Made by a program: the position numbers and the translations under genes. The notes under the pieces are model-generated. The model saw only the letters and a list, made by a program, of their open reading frames with translations. It ran no database searches and had not been told where the DNA came from. Shown here in pieces: positions 9,245-19,782 of a stretch of DNA of 64,000 nucleotides (position 1 is its first letter; each line of letters starts with the position of its first letter). The stretch is from Terriglobia bacterium (GTDB lineage: Bacteria; Acidobacteriota; Terriglobia; Acidiferrales; UBA7541), in contig OY968796.1 of NCBI GenBank assembly GCA_963695545.1, positions 1,088,001-1,152,000 on the forward strand. The letters are read 5' to 3'.

Positions 9245-9286
9245 TGTGTTGGGCTTTGGCTTGCAGCCTAGGATGGGATTGAGTGG

Positions 9287-9619
9287 TCACGCCGCGCTCA
9301 CAACTCGCATGCGTCCAGACCGCCGCGAGCGGGGCGCGGTCCTTACGACAATTTCGACATCGCGGCCGAGAAGGGTTAAAAAGTGCATCAGTCTTCCAGT
9401 GGAGAAACCAGAGAAGTGGCCCCGCAGAAGCCGTGATATTTTCGGTTGGTCGATCTTCAAGATGCGCGCCGCGTGAGCTTGAGTAAGGCGGCGCGCACGG
9501 ATCGCCTCACCGATGCGAAAGGCGAGGCCCGCCTTAGCGATGTGTTCTTCAGGGTTTGGCAGCCCGATGTCGGCGAAAATATTTCCGCTGCTCTCTTCCA
9601 CTTCGATCACCTTGCTCAT
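9287..9619 (-). CDS. XRE/HigA-like helix-turn-helix protein (orphan antitoxin type)
   Basis: EESSGNIFADIGLPNPEE...LTQAHAARILKIDQPKISRLLRG...LGRDVEIVV; AGGAG SD upstream. Confidence 0.9.
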   Translation of the reverse strand: MSKVIEVEESSGNIFADIGLPNPEEHIAKAGLAFRIGEAIRARRLTQAHAARILKIDQPKISRLLRGHFSGFSTGRLMHFLTLLGRDVEIVVRTAPRSRRSGRMRVVSAA

Positions 9620-9730
9620 GTTCGCTTGTCTCCTGCCTGTCGCTCCATCCATTTATGCCTAAACGAGCATAGCCTTCAAGTGAAAATTGCCGTTCGCTTT
9701 CGCGCGGCCTGCAAGGCCCGTACTACGCGA

Positions 9731-10207
9731 TTAGAACCGGGACGCGATCAGCAGGCCGGCGGCGATCGCCAGCGCATCTCCCAAGACGGCGATGACGAAA
9801 TCGGGAACCTTGAGCGCTTTGACGAGACCTGTGCGAAGCGCGTAACCCGCGAAGGCGCCGGCGACGGCACCGACCGCGCCCAAGACGGTGGCGAGCGCGA
9901 TTGATTGCATTCCCGCGGCGGCAAGGCACGCGCCGGAAAGGGCGCCGAGAATGATACGGGCAAACATGCCGCGCGGTTTTAATCGGCTGGGAGTTGAGGG
10001 GAGTTTATCCATGATCAGCTCGAAGACCGCGAGCAGAGTGAAGATCACGACGGAGGCGGTCGAGCCCATGAAGGCAAGGCGCGTGTAGTGGAGATTGAGC
10101 CACTTTAAATGAGCGCCCCAGGCCACGGTGGCGGGCGCGGTGAAGGAGCGCAAGCCAGAGACGGCACCGATAAGAAGTGCCAGAAGCAAAACTTCGGAGG
10201 GATTCAT
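9731..10207 (-). CDS. DUF4126-like membrane protein
   Basis: GLRSFTAPA, ELIMDKLPSTPSR and ARIILGALSGA motifs. Confidence 0.85.
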   Translation of the reverse strand: MNPSEVLLLALLIGAVSGLRSFTAPATVAWGAHLKWLNLHYTRLAFMGSTASVVIFTLLAVFELIMDKLPSTPSRLKPRGMFARIILGALSGACLAAAGMQSIALATVLGAVGAVAGAFAGYALRTGLVKALKVPDFVIAVLGDALAIAAGLLIASRF

Positions 10208-10294
10208 CGGCGATCTCCTCAGTACGTAAGTTGCTCGGGCGTTAGCGGCCCGCCTGCGCCAGACGCCTTCGCTGGCGCTACTGCGGCTTCGTCG

Positions 10295-10660
10295 CGGCTA
10301 GGGCGACGGAGAGATCCCTTCCGCCGCGGCGGACTCGGGATGACCGTGCACGAACCGCACGGTCACGGCTACCGAGAGATCCCTCGACGGAGCTCGGGAT
10401 GACCGTGCACGAACCGCACGGCTACGGCTACCGAGAGATCCCTCGACGGGGCTCGGGATGACCGTGCACGGACCGCGCGGCTAGGGCGGCGGAGAGATCC
10501 CTCGACGGAGCTCGGGATGACCGCGCACGGACCGCACGGCTACGGCTGCCGAGAGATCCCTCGACTGCGCTCGGGATGACCGTGCACGAACCGCACGGCT
10601 ACGGCTGCCGAGAGATCCCTCGACTGCGCTCGGGATGACCGTGCACGAACCGCACGGTCA
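10295..10660. repeat. Tandem array of six REP-like palindromic units, 59-bp period
   Basis: GAGATCCCTCGAC(T/G)GNGCTCGGGATGAC cores start at 10311, 10376, 10435, 10494, 10553 and 10612, with near-identical linkers. Confidence 0.9.
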
Positions 10661-13600
10661 CTTGTAACGCTTGCGGATGATGAAGTCGAGGCCGAAGGTG
10701 CCGTTTTCATCGCGGAGGGCGACGATGGAAAGCGTGCGGCTGATGTCGTATTCGATTTGGATGACTTGCTCCTGCGTGGAGGAGACGTTGGTGACGTAGG
10801 TGACGGAGAGATTGCGATTGACCTGCTGCTCGATGGTGACGCGCGCGGCGTTGGTTTGAATGGAAGTGGGACCGCCGAGAAATGGATCGACGCGGAAACT
10901 GGTGACGCCGAAGAGGCGCTCGACGCGCGAGCCGAGCTGGCTGGAGATGGCTTCGGAGAGCAGGGTGGTGGCGCCGAGCTCGGGCGTGGATGTGCCGGAG
11001 GTTCCGCGCAAGCCGCTTTCTTCGCCGGTCTGGCCGAGAGCGAGGAGCGAGATGATGTCGCTCGAGGGCAGCGGCGGATCGGCGCGATAGGAAAGCGCGA
11101 GGCGGCTGGCGGGTCCGGTGAAATCGAGCGTGACTTCGTATTGCTGGATGGTGGTGGTGGCTTCGACGTTGAGCACGGGATCGAGACGAAACGGATTTGA
11201 GAAATTTAATTCTCCGCGCGTGAGCTTGAACTGATTGCCGCGGAAACTCATTTCGCCCGACAGCAGATGAATGTGTCCAAGCAGGATGGGGCGGTCCCAG
11301 GTGCCGCGGACGCGCAGGCTCGCGTCGATCTGAAAACTCGCGCCGGGCCATTGCATGCGAGCGTCGGGGCTGCCATCGATTTGAAGATCGAATTGCAGAT
11401 TGCGCAGGAAGGGCGAACCGGTGGTGGGCGCGCCGATGGGTTCGTTCGAGGAACTGACGAGCGAGGCGAGATCGAAGCCTTCGGACATGAGCAGGCGGTT
11501 GACGATGACGTGCCCGGAGAGCACGGCGGAATTTGAATCGCCGACGAGGCGAATCGTGCCGCCGGCGAGCCAGCTCATGCCGACGGGGTAGCGCACGCGC
11601 ACTTGATCGGAATTCGCGGAGAGATCGAAGCGCAGCGGGCCATCGCCGTAGGTGATGGCGCCGGTGATCTGCGCGGTGCCGCCGCCGGTTTGCGCGGTGA
11701 CGCCGTCGAGGACCAGGCGCGTGGCGTCAAAAATGAAATTGCCGTTGACGTGGCTGAGGCCGGAGGGGAAATCGCCGTAGTTCGCGGATGCGTCTGCGAC
11801 ACGGATGTTTCCGCGAAGGCGCGGGGCGGAAATGGTGCCGGCGATATCGGCGTTCACTTGCGCGCGGCCGCCGGCTTCGAGTTGCGGCCAGAAGCCGCCG
11901 ACAAGCTGGAGATTAACGGCGCCGACGACGTGCAGATCGAGAGCTGAGTTGGCGCCGAATTTTGCGTCGCCGGAGATGCTGACGTCGGTGTCGGGTCCAT
12001 GGAGATTAGCCTGGCCGATGCGGACTTCGCCGGTGCGGTAATTGAGATGGATGGGGCCGGCGTTTACGAGATCGACGGATTCGACGTGGAACTCGATGCG
12101 CGATAACGCGAGTTCGACAGACAACGTATCGGGCTGCGCGAGGAAACCGGCGAAGGCGGCGTGGCCATCGGCCGAACTGTGTCCGGTGAGGCCGACGAGA
12201 TGCAGAGCAGCGATGAGAAACGGATCGAGATCGAGATGATCGAAGGTCATCTGGCCTTGCACGGGATCGTTGCCGCCGAGGGAGACTTCGAGTTGGCCAT
12301 CGAGATGGCCGGTGGACATGGCGGAACTGAGTTGCAGCGACATCGTGCGCCCATTGCCGGTGAGGCGGCCTTCAAAGCTGCCGACGGTGTCGCCGCCGAG
12401 CTGCAGATTCACTACGCGCAGCGAGCCTTCGGCGGTGGGCGCGGCGAGCGGGCCAGAGCCGCGCAACTCAAAACTCAGTTGGCCGCCGACGGAGAGTTTG
12501 GACAATTGCACGCGCGAAATAGTTTCGAGAGGAATCGCGGCGCCGGTGACATCGAACGAGACGGTGCGATTATTTGTGTTGTACGAGAATCCGCCGGTGA
12601 CGAGGCCGGGCGGCGCTGCGGCCGGCGCTCCCGCGGCGGCGGGCAAGCGGAGCTCGGCATTCGAGATGCTCACCGTGCCGTGGCTGAGCGCGAGTTCGCC
12701 GCGCGCGCGAGCGAGGCGCCAGCCCCAACCTTCAAGATCGGTGACGTCAAATAATCCGGTGAGTTCGGGATCGGCGCGCGTACCACGGCCGTGAAATTCT
12801 CCGGTGAGCGTGCCGTGCGCGGGATACGACCAGCCGAAGATTTGCTGCACGTCGTCGGTATCGGCTCCCGATAAGCTGACGTCGAGCGTCCATGCGGAGG
12901 AGGGAGCGAACGTCCAATCGTCGAGCGCGAGCGTGAGGTCCAATTGCGCGGTGGATTTGCCGCGGCGCGCGACGGTGTGCGCGAGGGTGAATTCGGATGG
13001 ACCGTAAGTGAGCGCGCCGGCGAATTCGTCCCACGCGAGCGAGGCGTAGCGAGCTTGTTGCGCGCGAACGGAACCGGCGAACGTGGGCGAGCCGATCGGG
13101 CCGGAGATCGTGCCGTCCCAATGGACTTGGCCGCCGATCACTTCGGGCTCGGAGTCCACACCGCGCAGGCGATTGATGAAGTCGTCCCAATCGGCGAGGC
13201 GCGTGGTGTCGAACTTCAGATCGAGCGCGGAATTGTACTTGCCGATGACGCCTTGGAAATCGACCGTGCTCGTGGGCGTCGAGATTTGGCTGGGGCCGAT
13301 GCGCACGATTTGCGGCGTGACGAAGTAGTCGAAGTCGATGCGCGCGGTTGTCGGAATCGTGCCGGGGGCGGGCGCGTCGGGGGGAGCGAAGAGAGCGACG
13401 CCGCGCGCTTCGACATCTTTAAAGCCGCCGGTCCACGTGGTGGTCGAGGTGACGGCGACGCTGCCGGACCAACGCAGCGGCGCGAGCGGAAATCCGCGGT
13501 GCTCGACGGCCTTGAAAACCTCGGCGAGATCGGCGCCGCCGCCGGTGGTGTCAGCGCGGAAACGAGGCCCGGCGTAGTCCATGTGCAGGCGACCGGCGAA

Positions 13601-14662
13601 GTGGCCGCCGAGAGCGGCGATTTCGAGATCGGGAACGTCGAGGCCGCCCGGCCCTGCCTGGTAATCGCCGCGCGTGGACATGCCGCGATCGTGAAACCAT
13701 AAATGAGAGATCGCAATCTGCTCGCCATCGTAGTGACCGCTGACGCCCCATTGCGGCGCGGCGTGGCTGGCTGGGCCAGCGGAGGCGTAGCGGCCTTGGC
13801 CGGTGAAATCGACGAGGCCAGTGGGCGCGGTGGGCGCGTGGAAAATGTCGCGAATATCCTGGAGGTCGAGGCGGCCGCGATAGCGGAAGTTCAGGACGGG
13901 CGTTGCGAAACTTTCCAGATCGGCCTGCGCGTCGAGCGTGGAGTGCGGCAATTGCAGAACAAGTTGCGTGAGATGAAAACCGGGCTCGGTGAGCGTGAAT
14001 CGCGCGGCGAGATCGGAAGGAAACGGCAGGAGGCGCCCCTCCTGAAATTCGGCGTGTTTCCATTCGAGATCGCCGATGTAAAGCGGCGCTCCGGAAGGTG
14101 TGGCGTAATCCATGGCGAGGTGAAATTGTTCGGCCTGGAAATCGATGGGGCGGCGTACGTCGTTGTAGAAAAATTCTCCGTCGTCGAGGCGAATCGCGCC
14201 GATGGCCAATTCGAACAGGCGCGTTCGCCACGGAGTCTGCGGCCTTCTTACGGCGGGCGAGGGCACGTTCGTCGAACCGTCGGCCGCGACGAGGAGGTGA
14301 ACCGAGGGATGCTCGACCTCCAGGCTTGAAAGCGAGAGCGCGCGCCGCCAGAGAGCATCTCCGCGAATGCCGACGACGATACGGTCGGCGTGGAACAACG
14401 GCGCGGCGGCGGCGAGTTCAGTGCCGTGGAGCGTGAAATTTTCGAGCGTGACGCGCAGCGAAAACCATTCGATATGCACGCCGCCCAGTTCGGCTCGGCC
14501 GCCGGTGCTTTTCTCGAGTCTTGAAACGACGGCGCGGCGGGCCCATTGTTCGACAACGCCGGTCCAGATCAGAACGCCTGCGACGAGCGCGAGAAGGATC
14601 GCCAAGGCCGCGATGGAAACGAACGCGCGGCGAAGAGAGCGGAAGATTTGCCGGGCCTTCAT
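10658..14662 (-). CDS. tamB: TamB/AsmA-like translocation and assembly module protein
   Basis: N-terminal TM anchor, long beta-rich repeats, C-terminal DUF490-like PPLPSSDIISLLALG; operon with an Omp85 protein. Confidence 0.85.
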   Translation of the reverse strand: MKARQIFRSLRRAFVSIAALAILLALVAGVLIWTGVVEQWARRAVVSRLEKSTGGRAELGGVHIEWFSLRVTLENFTLHGTELAAAAPLFHADRIVVGIRGDALWRRALSLSSLEVEHPSVHLLVAADGSTNVPSPAVRRPQTPWRTRLFELAIGAIRLDDGEFFYNDVRRPIDFQAEQFHLAMDYATPSGAPLYIGDLEWKHAEFQEGRLLPFPSDLAARFTLTEPGFHLTQLVLQLPHSTLDAQADLESFATPVLNFRYRGRLDLQDIRDIFHAPTAPTGLVDFTGQGRYASAGPASHAAPQWGVSGHYDGEQIAISHLWFHDRGMSTRGDYQAGPGGLDVPDLEIAALGGHFAGRLHMDYAGPRFRADTTGGGADLAEVFKAVEHRGFPLAPLRWSGSVAVTSTTTWTGGFKDVEARGVALFAPPDAPAPGTIPTTARIDFDYFVTPQIVRIGPSQISTPTSTVDFQGVIGKYNSALDLKFDTTRLADWDDFINRLRGVDSEPEVIGGQVHWDGTISGPIGSPTFAGSVRAQQARYASLAWDEFAGALTYGPSEFTLAHTVARRGKSTAQLDLTLALDDWTFAPSSAWTLDVSLSGADTDDVQQIFGWSYPAHGTLTGEFHGRGTRADPELTGLFDVTDLEGWGWRLARARGELALSHGTVSISNAELRLPAAAGAPAAAPPGLVTGGFSYNTNNRTVSFDVTGAAIPLETISRVQLSKLSVGGQLSFELRGSGPLAAPTAEGSLRVVNLQLGGDTVGSFEGRLTGNGRTMSLQLSSAMSTGHLDGQLEVSLGGNDPVQGQMTFDHLDLDPFLIAALHLVGLTGHSSADGHAAFAGFLAQPDTLSVELALSRIEFHVESVDLVNAGPIHLNYRTGEVRIGQANLHGPDTDVSISGDAKFGANSALDLHVVGAVNLQLVGGFWPQLEAGGRAQVNADIAGTISAPRLRGNIRVADASANYGDFPSGLSHVNGNFIFDATRLVLDGVTAQTGGGTAQITGAITYGDGPLRFDLSANSDQVRVRYPVGMSWLAGGTIRLVGDSNSAVLSGHVIVNRLLMSEGFDLASLVSSSNEPIGAPTTGSPFLRNLQFDLQIDGSPDARMQWPGASFQIDASLRVRGTWDRPILLGHIHLLSGEMSFRGNQFKLTRGELNFSNPFRLDPVLNVEATTTIQQYEVTLDFTGPASRLALSYRADPPLPSSDIISLLALGQTGEESGLRGTSGTSTPELGATTLLSEAISSQLGSRVERLFGVTSFRVDPFLGGPTSIQTNAARVTIEQQVNRNLSVTYVTNVSSTQEQVIQIEYDISRTLSIVALRDENGTFGLDFIIRKRYK

Positions 14663-14747
14663 CGGGCGCTCCACTTTATTTTGGCGTTCCACATTATCGC
14701 GGCACTCCAAATCATCTTGTAGATGCTGATCATTTTGAACGCACGCG

Positions 14748-15449
14748 TCATTTCGGCGCCCCGGCCGAGCTCGGCGCTCCGCTTGATTCCGCTGCCTGAC
14801 CGGGCGGCGGCACGATTTCGATGCGCAGACGATCCTTCGATTCGTCGATCCATTGGGCGGCGAGGCGATTGATCTGCTGCTGGGTCAGCAGCTCACGGAT
14901 GTGATCCTGCACATCGCCAAGCGGCGGCGCGGCTTGGCCTTGCTTTTGCAAAGCGGGAACGAGTTGATCGTTGTAGTACGCGTCGATTTGCTTGGGATCG
15001 ATCTGCACGGAATCGCGGAATTTTGAATCGAGGTAGCGCTCGAGATACGCCTGCCGCGCCACCATTTGATGCACGTCGTCGGCCGAAAGGCCAAGCTCGG
15101 CCAAACGCGCACGGTACGCGTCGGGCGTCGGGAATTTCTTCTCGATTTCGGCGACGTCGCTTGCTACTTCCGATTCCGGCGCGGCCGGAAAGTGCGCAGA
15201 TTGGGCCTCGGAATTGACGATCCATTGTTCGATCAGCTCTTCCGTGAGGCGGTCGTCGGAATCGGCGCTGCCGGTGACGAGCTTCTGATAAGCGGCCAAT
15301 TGATCGAGATCGCTCTGCGTCAAAATATCGTCTTCGATGCGCACGACGATGCGATCCACGATCTGCTGCGCGCGGAGAAGCGGCGCGGCGAGCGCGGCGA
15401 CAAAGACGGCGGCAAAAAGCAGCGCGGCGGTGAGCGCTTTGGGCCGCAT
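14748..15449 (-). CDS. SurA N-terminal-domain-like periplasmic chaperone
   Basis: Signal peptide then QIVDRIVVRIEDDILTQSDL; no PPIase domain. Confidence 0.75.
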   Translation of the reverse strand: MRPKALTAALLFAAVFVAALAAPLLRAQQIVDRIVVRIEDDILTQSDLDQLAAYQKLVTGSADSDDRLTEELIEQWIVNSEAQSAHFPAAPESEVASDVAEIEKKFPTPDAYRARLAELGLSADDVHQMVARQAYLERYLDSKFRDSVQIDPKQIDAYYNDQLVPALQKQGQAAPPLGDVQDHIRELLTQQQINRLAAQWIDESKDRLRIEIVPPPGQAAESSGAPSSAGAPK

Positions 15450-18400
15450 CAGAAGCCACCTCCCAAATTCACGAAGAATTGGAATGCCGGCAGGCGCTGC
15501 AGCATCAAGCCGCCGCTTGGCGCGGGCAGAAGGAATTGCGCGGGATTGAGCTGATAGCCCAAATCTACGCTGATGGGCCCGACGGGCGTGGCGTAGCGAA
15601 ACTCGAAACCGACGGTGTGAGAAAAATAATCGAGTTGGTTCGAGCAGTTTTCAATGCAAGTGGTCGGACTGGTTGAGCTGAAGACCGGAGTCGGCGGCGA
15701 GGCGCGCAGCGTGATGGCCTTGAAATCGCTGAAGACGTTGCCGCCGTCGTAGAAAATTCCGCCGCCCAGACGATTGCCGATCCACGGCAAGTGCATGGGG
15801 AAGCGCAGATCCTGATTGAACTCCAGGAGAGCGAGACCGCCGACGGGAAATCCCGTGAGCGGATCGCGAGGGCCGGCCTGATTCAAACCGAATCCCTGCA
15901 AGGAACCCCCGCCGCCGGCGAAGAATCGCTCGGGGAGCGGAATATCGTCGGCGACACTTCCGGCGTAGGGAGATTGCACGCCGAAAGATGTGGAGCGGGC
16001 GAAGACCAGGTGGCGGCCGAGAGGGGTGTATGTGGAATCCTGCACGAAAAATCGAATGAAATTGGAGCTCGAATCGAGCGCCTTGGTAGCGATGCTCAAG
16101 TCCGCGTTGTCGAATTCGCCGTGTGTGGGATCGCCCGGGTTGTCGCGGCGGTCTCGCTCCCAGGCCAAGCCGAAACCCGAGGCTTGCGTCGGCTGGCTGA
16201 ACAAGGGAATTTCTTCCGGATCGATCTGGAGGTCGCTGGCCAGCACGCGGCGATAGAAATATCGCCCGAGAAGTTTACTCGATGACGAAAGGCGGTCGGT
16301 GAGCTGGAACGAGCCTTCTTCGCGCGTCGAAGTGAAGGTCTGAATGTCGCGCGTCTTGTCGGCGTAAGCGGTGACCTGCAGGCTGAAGCGCGCCTTGCCG
16401 AATGCGTTGGGATGGTCGTAACTCAACACGGCGCGGCCCTGCAGGGTGCTTGCGCGGATCTTGAAACTCAGCGTGTCGGCGCGGCCGGTTAGATTCAATT
16501 TGGCGATCTCAAAGGTGACGCGCGGGCTGAATTCCAGTACGGTGCCGGTGGGGCCGGAACTCGCGGTGCCGATGCGTTGCGCTTCAAAACCGATGCCGTA
16601 GGCCAGCGTGAGACTTTTCGCCTCCTGGACCAGAACGACCATGGTCTTATTCGGATCGTCGCCGGCGGGATTTTGCGGCGCAACCTGCACGCTCGAAAAA
16701 ATTCCCAGATTGTAGAGGCGGCGCTGCGTCTCAAAAACCTGGCCTTCGGAAAGTGGCTGGCCCGCTTTGATGGTGATCTCGCGCTCGATCACGCCGAGCC
16801 GCGTGCGCTCGAAACCGGCCACATAGACGCCCGCAACTTCTTGCTGCGTACCTTCGGCGATCGAGTATGTGAGATCGACGCGAGGCGTGCCACCGGACTC
16901 GGCGGACGGCAGATTCTCGATGCGGCTGGTGAATTGGGCGTCGGGAAAACCCTCATCGTAATAGAGCGCGAGGACGTTGGCGCGGTCCGTGGCGACGTTG
17001 AATTCGGAATACGGTTGGCCGACCGAAGAGCCGATGACTTTTTGCAATTCGGCGGTCGAGAGAACTTGGTTGCCTTGCACCTGCAGTTCGCCGACACGCG
17101 TCTGCGCGCCCTCGTGAACGTGAAACTGGACGAAGATATCTTCGCTCTTGCCGTGATAGTTTTCCGAGGTCTCGGCATCCACCTGAGCCGCGAGAAATCC
17201 GTTGGCCTGGTAGAGAGCGAGGATCGAAGCGGTGTCCTGATCGAGCAACTCGCGACTGAATCGGCTGCGCACGGCGAAGGTGGCGGGCTCGATGTGCAGA
17301 CGGTTGCGCAAGAGAGCGTCGCTGAAATACAGATTGCCATCGAACGAGACGCCGACGAGGCGGCGTCGGTCTCCGCGATTCACGGTGTAGATGATGTTCT
17401 CGGTTTTGCCGGCGGCGGGAGTTGTGGCAGGCGCCGCGATTGGCCCCGGACCGGCTGCGGCGGCCTGACCTTCGTCGACTGCGGTGGTCTGGCCTTCGGG
17501 GTTCGGCGCCGGTTGCTGAGTTTCCCTATTGGCGGGAACCGCACCGGGAGGCTGAGCCACCGAATAATTTACGGTGGCGTCGAAATAGCCATCGCGTTCA
17601 AGAGCGTTGCGCAGGTCGCGGCGCCCTTCCTGGAGCAGATCGTCATCGACGGCGCCCTCCTGATAAATCGGCAGCAACTGGCGCAGATCGTGGCTGGATA
17701 TCTTCCATCCGACGACCTGGACGGTTACTTTGAGGCCGGTGGTGACGGCGACGGCGAGCGGGATGGTGTTCGATGCCGCGGCGTAATCGCCGCGAGTGAG
17801 CGTGACGCGCGCGCTGAGGTAGCCGCGTCCGACGAGCCAGTTCCGCAATCGGTCGGTGGCCTTCTCCAATTGATCGGAGGTGACTTCCTTTCCGGATTTC
17901 AATTTGAGGTGGGCGCGCAGATCTTCGGAGGACATTCTCTGAGACGCTTCGATGGCGATGGCGCCGAGGCGCGCGCGCGGTCCGGGCGTGACGCGCACGG
18001 TGATGTTCATCGCGTTTTGGTCGGGGAGCGGCGTTAGCTCGGGATCGAGCTGCGCTTGGTAAAAACCATCGTTCGCCAACGTCTGACGGAGGCGCGCGAG
18101 CGCGGGATCCAGATCGCTCTGGCGAAAAGGAACGCCGAGCGCCAACTGAAGCGAGGATTCGGCCAGCCCCTCGCTGGGCGGCTCGCGCAAGCCGGTGACG
18201 AGAACTTGATTGATGAAAAGATTCGGGCGCACGACGTAATCGAGGCGCACACCTCCAGCGACCGGCGTGAGCACGGCGCGCAAGTCGGCATAGCGACCCG
18301 TGAGAAACAGCTCACGCAGGGTTTGGCGTTCGGCGTCCAAAGAGAAGAGCTGGCCGGGCTGGAGCGTCAGTCGTGCGGGATTCTCTTCGAGAACGGCGCC

Positions 18401-18550
18401 GGATTCAGCGACGATGCGGACGGCCACGACTCGCGGCGCCGCAGCCGGCGAGCCGGACTGCGCGGCCGCGAAAACGGCCGAGCCGAGGCAAAGCAGCGCC
18501 AGGCAAACGGCGAGCCGTCGCGAGACATTCCAATCGATCGACATAAACAT
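15449..18550 (-). CDS. Omp85 (BamA/TamA) family POTRA-domain outer membrane protein
   Basis: Multiple POTRA repeats; barrel motifs PERFFAGGGGSLQGF and RYATPVGPISVDLGY; C-terminal Phe. Confidence 0.9.
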   Translation of the reverse strand: MFMSIDWNVSRRLAVCLALLCLGSAVFAAAQSGSPAAAPRVVAVRIVAESGAVLEENPARLTLQPGQLFSLDAERQTLRELFLTGRYADLRAVLTPVAGGVRLDYVVRPNLFINQVLVTGLREPPSEGLAESSLQLALGVPFRQSDLDPALARLRQTLANDGFYQAQLDPELTPLPDQNAMNITVRVTPGPRARLGAIAIEASQRMSSEDLRAHLKLKSGKEVTSDQLEKATDRLRNWLVGRGYLSARVTLTRGDYAAASNTIPLAVAVTTGLKVTVQVVGWKISSHDLRQLLPIYQEGAVDDDLLQEGRRDLRNALERDGYFDATVNYSVAQPPGAVPANRETQQPAPNPEGQTTAVDEGQAAAAGPGPIAAPATTPAAGKTENIIYTVNRGDRRRLVGVSFDGNLYFSDALLRNRLHIEPATFAVRSRFSRELLDQDTASILALYQANGFLAAQVDAETSENYHGKSEDIFVQFHVHEGAQTRVGELQVQGNQVLSTAELQKVIGSSVGQPYSEFNVATDRANVLALYYDEGFPDAQFTSRIENLPSAESGGTPRVDLTYSIAEGTQQEVAGVYVAGFERTRLGVIEREITIKAGQPLSEGQVFETQRRLYNLGIFSSVQVAPQNPAGDDPNKTMVVLVQEAKSLTLAYGIGFEAQRIGTASSGPTGTVLEFSPRVTFEIAKLNLTGRADTLSFKIRASTLQGRAVLSYDHPNAFGKARFSLQVTAYADKTRDIQTFTSTREEGSFQLTDRLSSSSKLLGRYFYRRVLASDLQIDPEEIPLFSQPTQASGFGLAWERDRRDNPGDPTHGEFDNADLSIATKALDSSSNFIRFFVQDSTYTPLGRHLVFARSTSFGVQSPYAGSVADDIPLPERFFAGGGGSLQGFGLNQAGPRDPLTGFPVGGLALLEFNQDLRFPMHLPWIGNRLGGGIFYDGGNVFSDFKAITLRASPPTPVFSSTSPTTCIENCSNQLDYFSHTVGFEFRYATPVGPISVDLGYQLNPAQFLLPAPSGGLMLQRLPAFQFFVNLGGGF

Positions 18551-18683
18551 TCACAGGAGCAAGGGTAGCACAGGCGCGCAAGGACGCCTCCGCGGATTCT
18601 GTCTGGCGTGCGTTCGGCGCTATGATGGACGAGGCGAGTCGGCCTGCGCGGAGCGCATTGCTTTAATAGATTCAAGATCGGGT

Positions 18684-19748
18684 ATGGACCCAAAACTCTA
18701 CGAACGATATTCACGGCAGATTCTGTTCGAGGGGATCGGCGAAGCCGGGCAGCAGCGCTTGCTCGAGAGTTCCGCCGTGCTCATTGGCTGCGGGGCGCTG
18801 GGCACGGCCGTGGCGAATCTTCTGGTGCGCGCGGGACTTGGCCGGCTGCGGATTGTGGATCGTGACTTCGTGGAACCGTCAAACCTGCAGCGGCAAACGC
18901 TGTTCACCGAATCCGACGCACGGCAGGCGCTGCCGAAGGCGATTGCGGCCGAACGGCGGCTGGGCGAAATCAATTCCGGTGTGCGCGTGGAAGGCGTGGT
19001 GGCGGATCTGCAACCCGCGAATGCCGCGGAGCTGCTGGGTGGATTTCCTTTGATTCTTGACGCCGCGGACAATTTCGAGACGCGCTTGCTGATCAACGAC
19101 GCGAGCGCGAAATTTGGCGTGCCGTGGATTTACGCGGCGGTGGTCGCAAGCTACGGCGTGACCATGACGATTCATCCGGGACGAACGCCGTGCCTTGCGT
19201 GCCTGGTGGAATCGGGCGGCGAGGAAGATTCGCTCGCGCCGGGCTCGGGCGCCGAGGCGACTTGCGACACGGCCGGCGTGCTGGCATCGGCGGCGACAGC
19301 GATCGCCGCGCTCGAGGCCGCAGCGGCGATTCGTCTGCTTAGCCGCGCTCCAGGTGAATCAGATGAATCGGAAAGCGCGGGCGGGCGATTGCTTTCGCTC
19401 GACGTGTGGTGGGGCCGCTCGCAAGCGATTCGCGTGGCGCGGCGCGAGAATTGCCGCGCGTGCGTGCGCCACGATTTGCGATTCCTCGAGGGCCATGCGC
19501 AGCCGCACTTGACGATGTGCGGGCGCGATTCGGTGCAGATCCACGAGCGGCGGAGGCAGCTTGATCTGGCCGCGCTCGAGACGCGTCTTGCGGCGACGGC
19601 GTCCGATGTTCGGCAAAACCACTTCTTGCTGCAATTCCGCGTGCCTCCGTATCAGATGACGGTGTTTGCCGACGGCCGCGCGATCGTCAAGGGCACGCGC
19701 GATCCGGCCGTGGCGCGATCACTTTACGCGCGCTACATCGGAACTTAG
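18684..19748 (+). CDS. ThiF/MoeB-family adenylyltransferase
   Basis: ERYSRQILF, GCGALG, DRDFVEPSNLQRQ, DNFETR and two CxxC motifs. Confidence 0.9.
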   Translation: MDPKLYERYSRQILFEGIGEAGQQRLLESSAVLIGCGALGTAVANLLVRAGLGRLRIVDRDFVEPSNLQRQTLFTESDARQALPKAIAAERRLGEINSGVRVEGVVADLQPANAAELLGGFPLILDAADNFETRLLINDASAKFGVPWIYAAVVASYGVTMTIHPGRTPCLACLVESGGEEDSLAPGSGAEATCDTAGVLASAATAIAALEAAAAIRLLSRAPGESDESESAGGRLLSLDVWWGRSQAIRVARRENCRACVRHDLRFLEGHAQPHLTMCGRDSVQIHERRRQLDLAALETRLAATASDVRQNHFLLQFRVPPYQMTVFADGRAIVKGTRDPAVARSLYARYIGT

Positions 19749-19782
19749 ATAAATAAATCAGGACGGCGGGAGTGGAGTTCGT

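Noticed and set aside
10295..10660. CRISPR array
   Set aside because: Linkers are near-identical rather than unique spacers, and there are no cas genes in the window.
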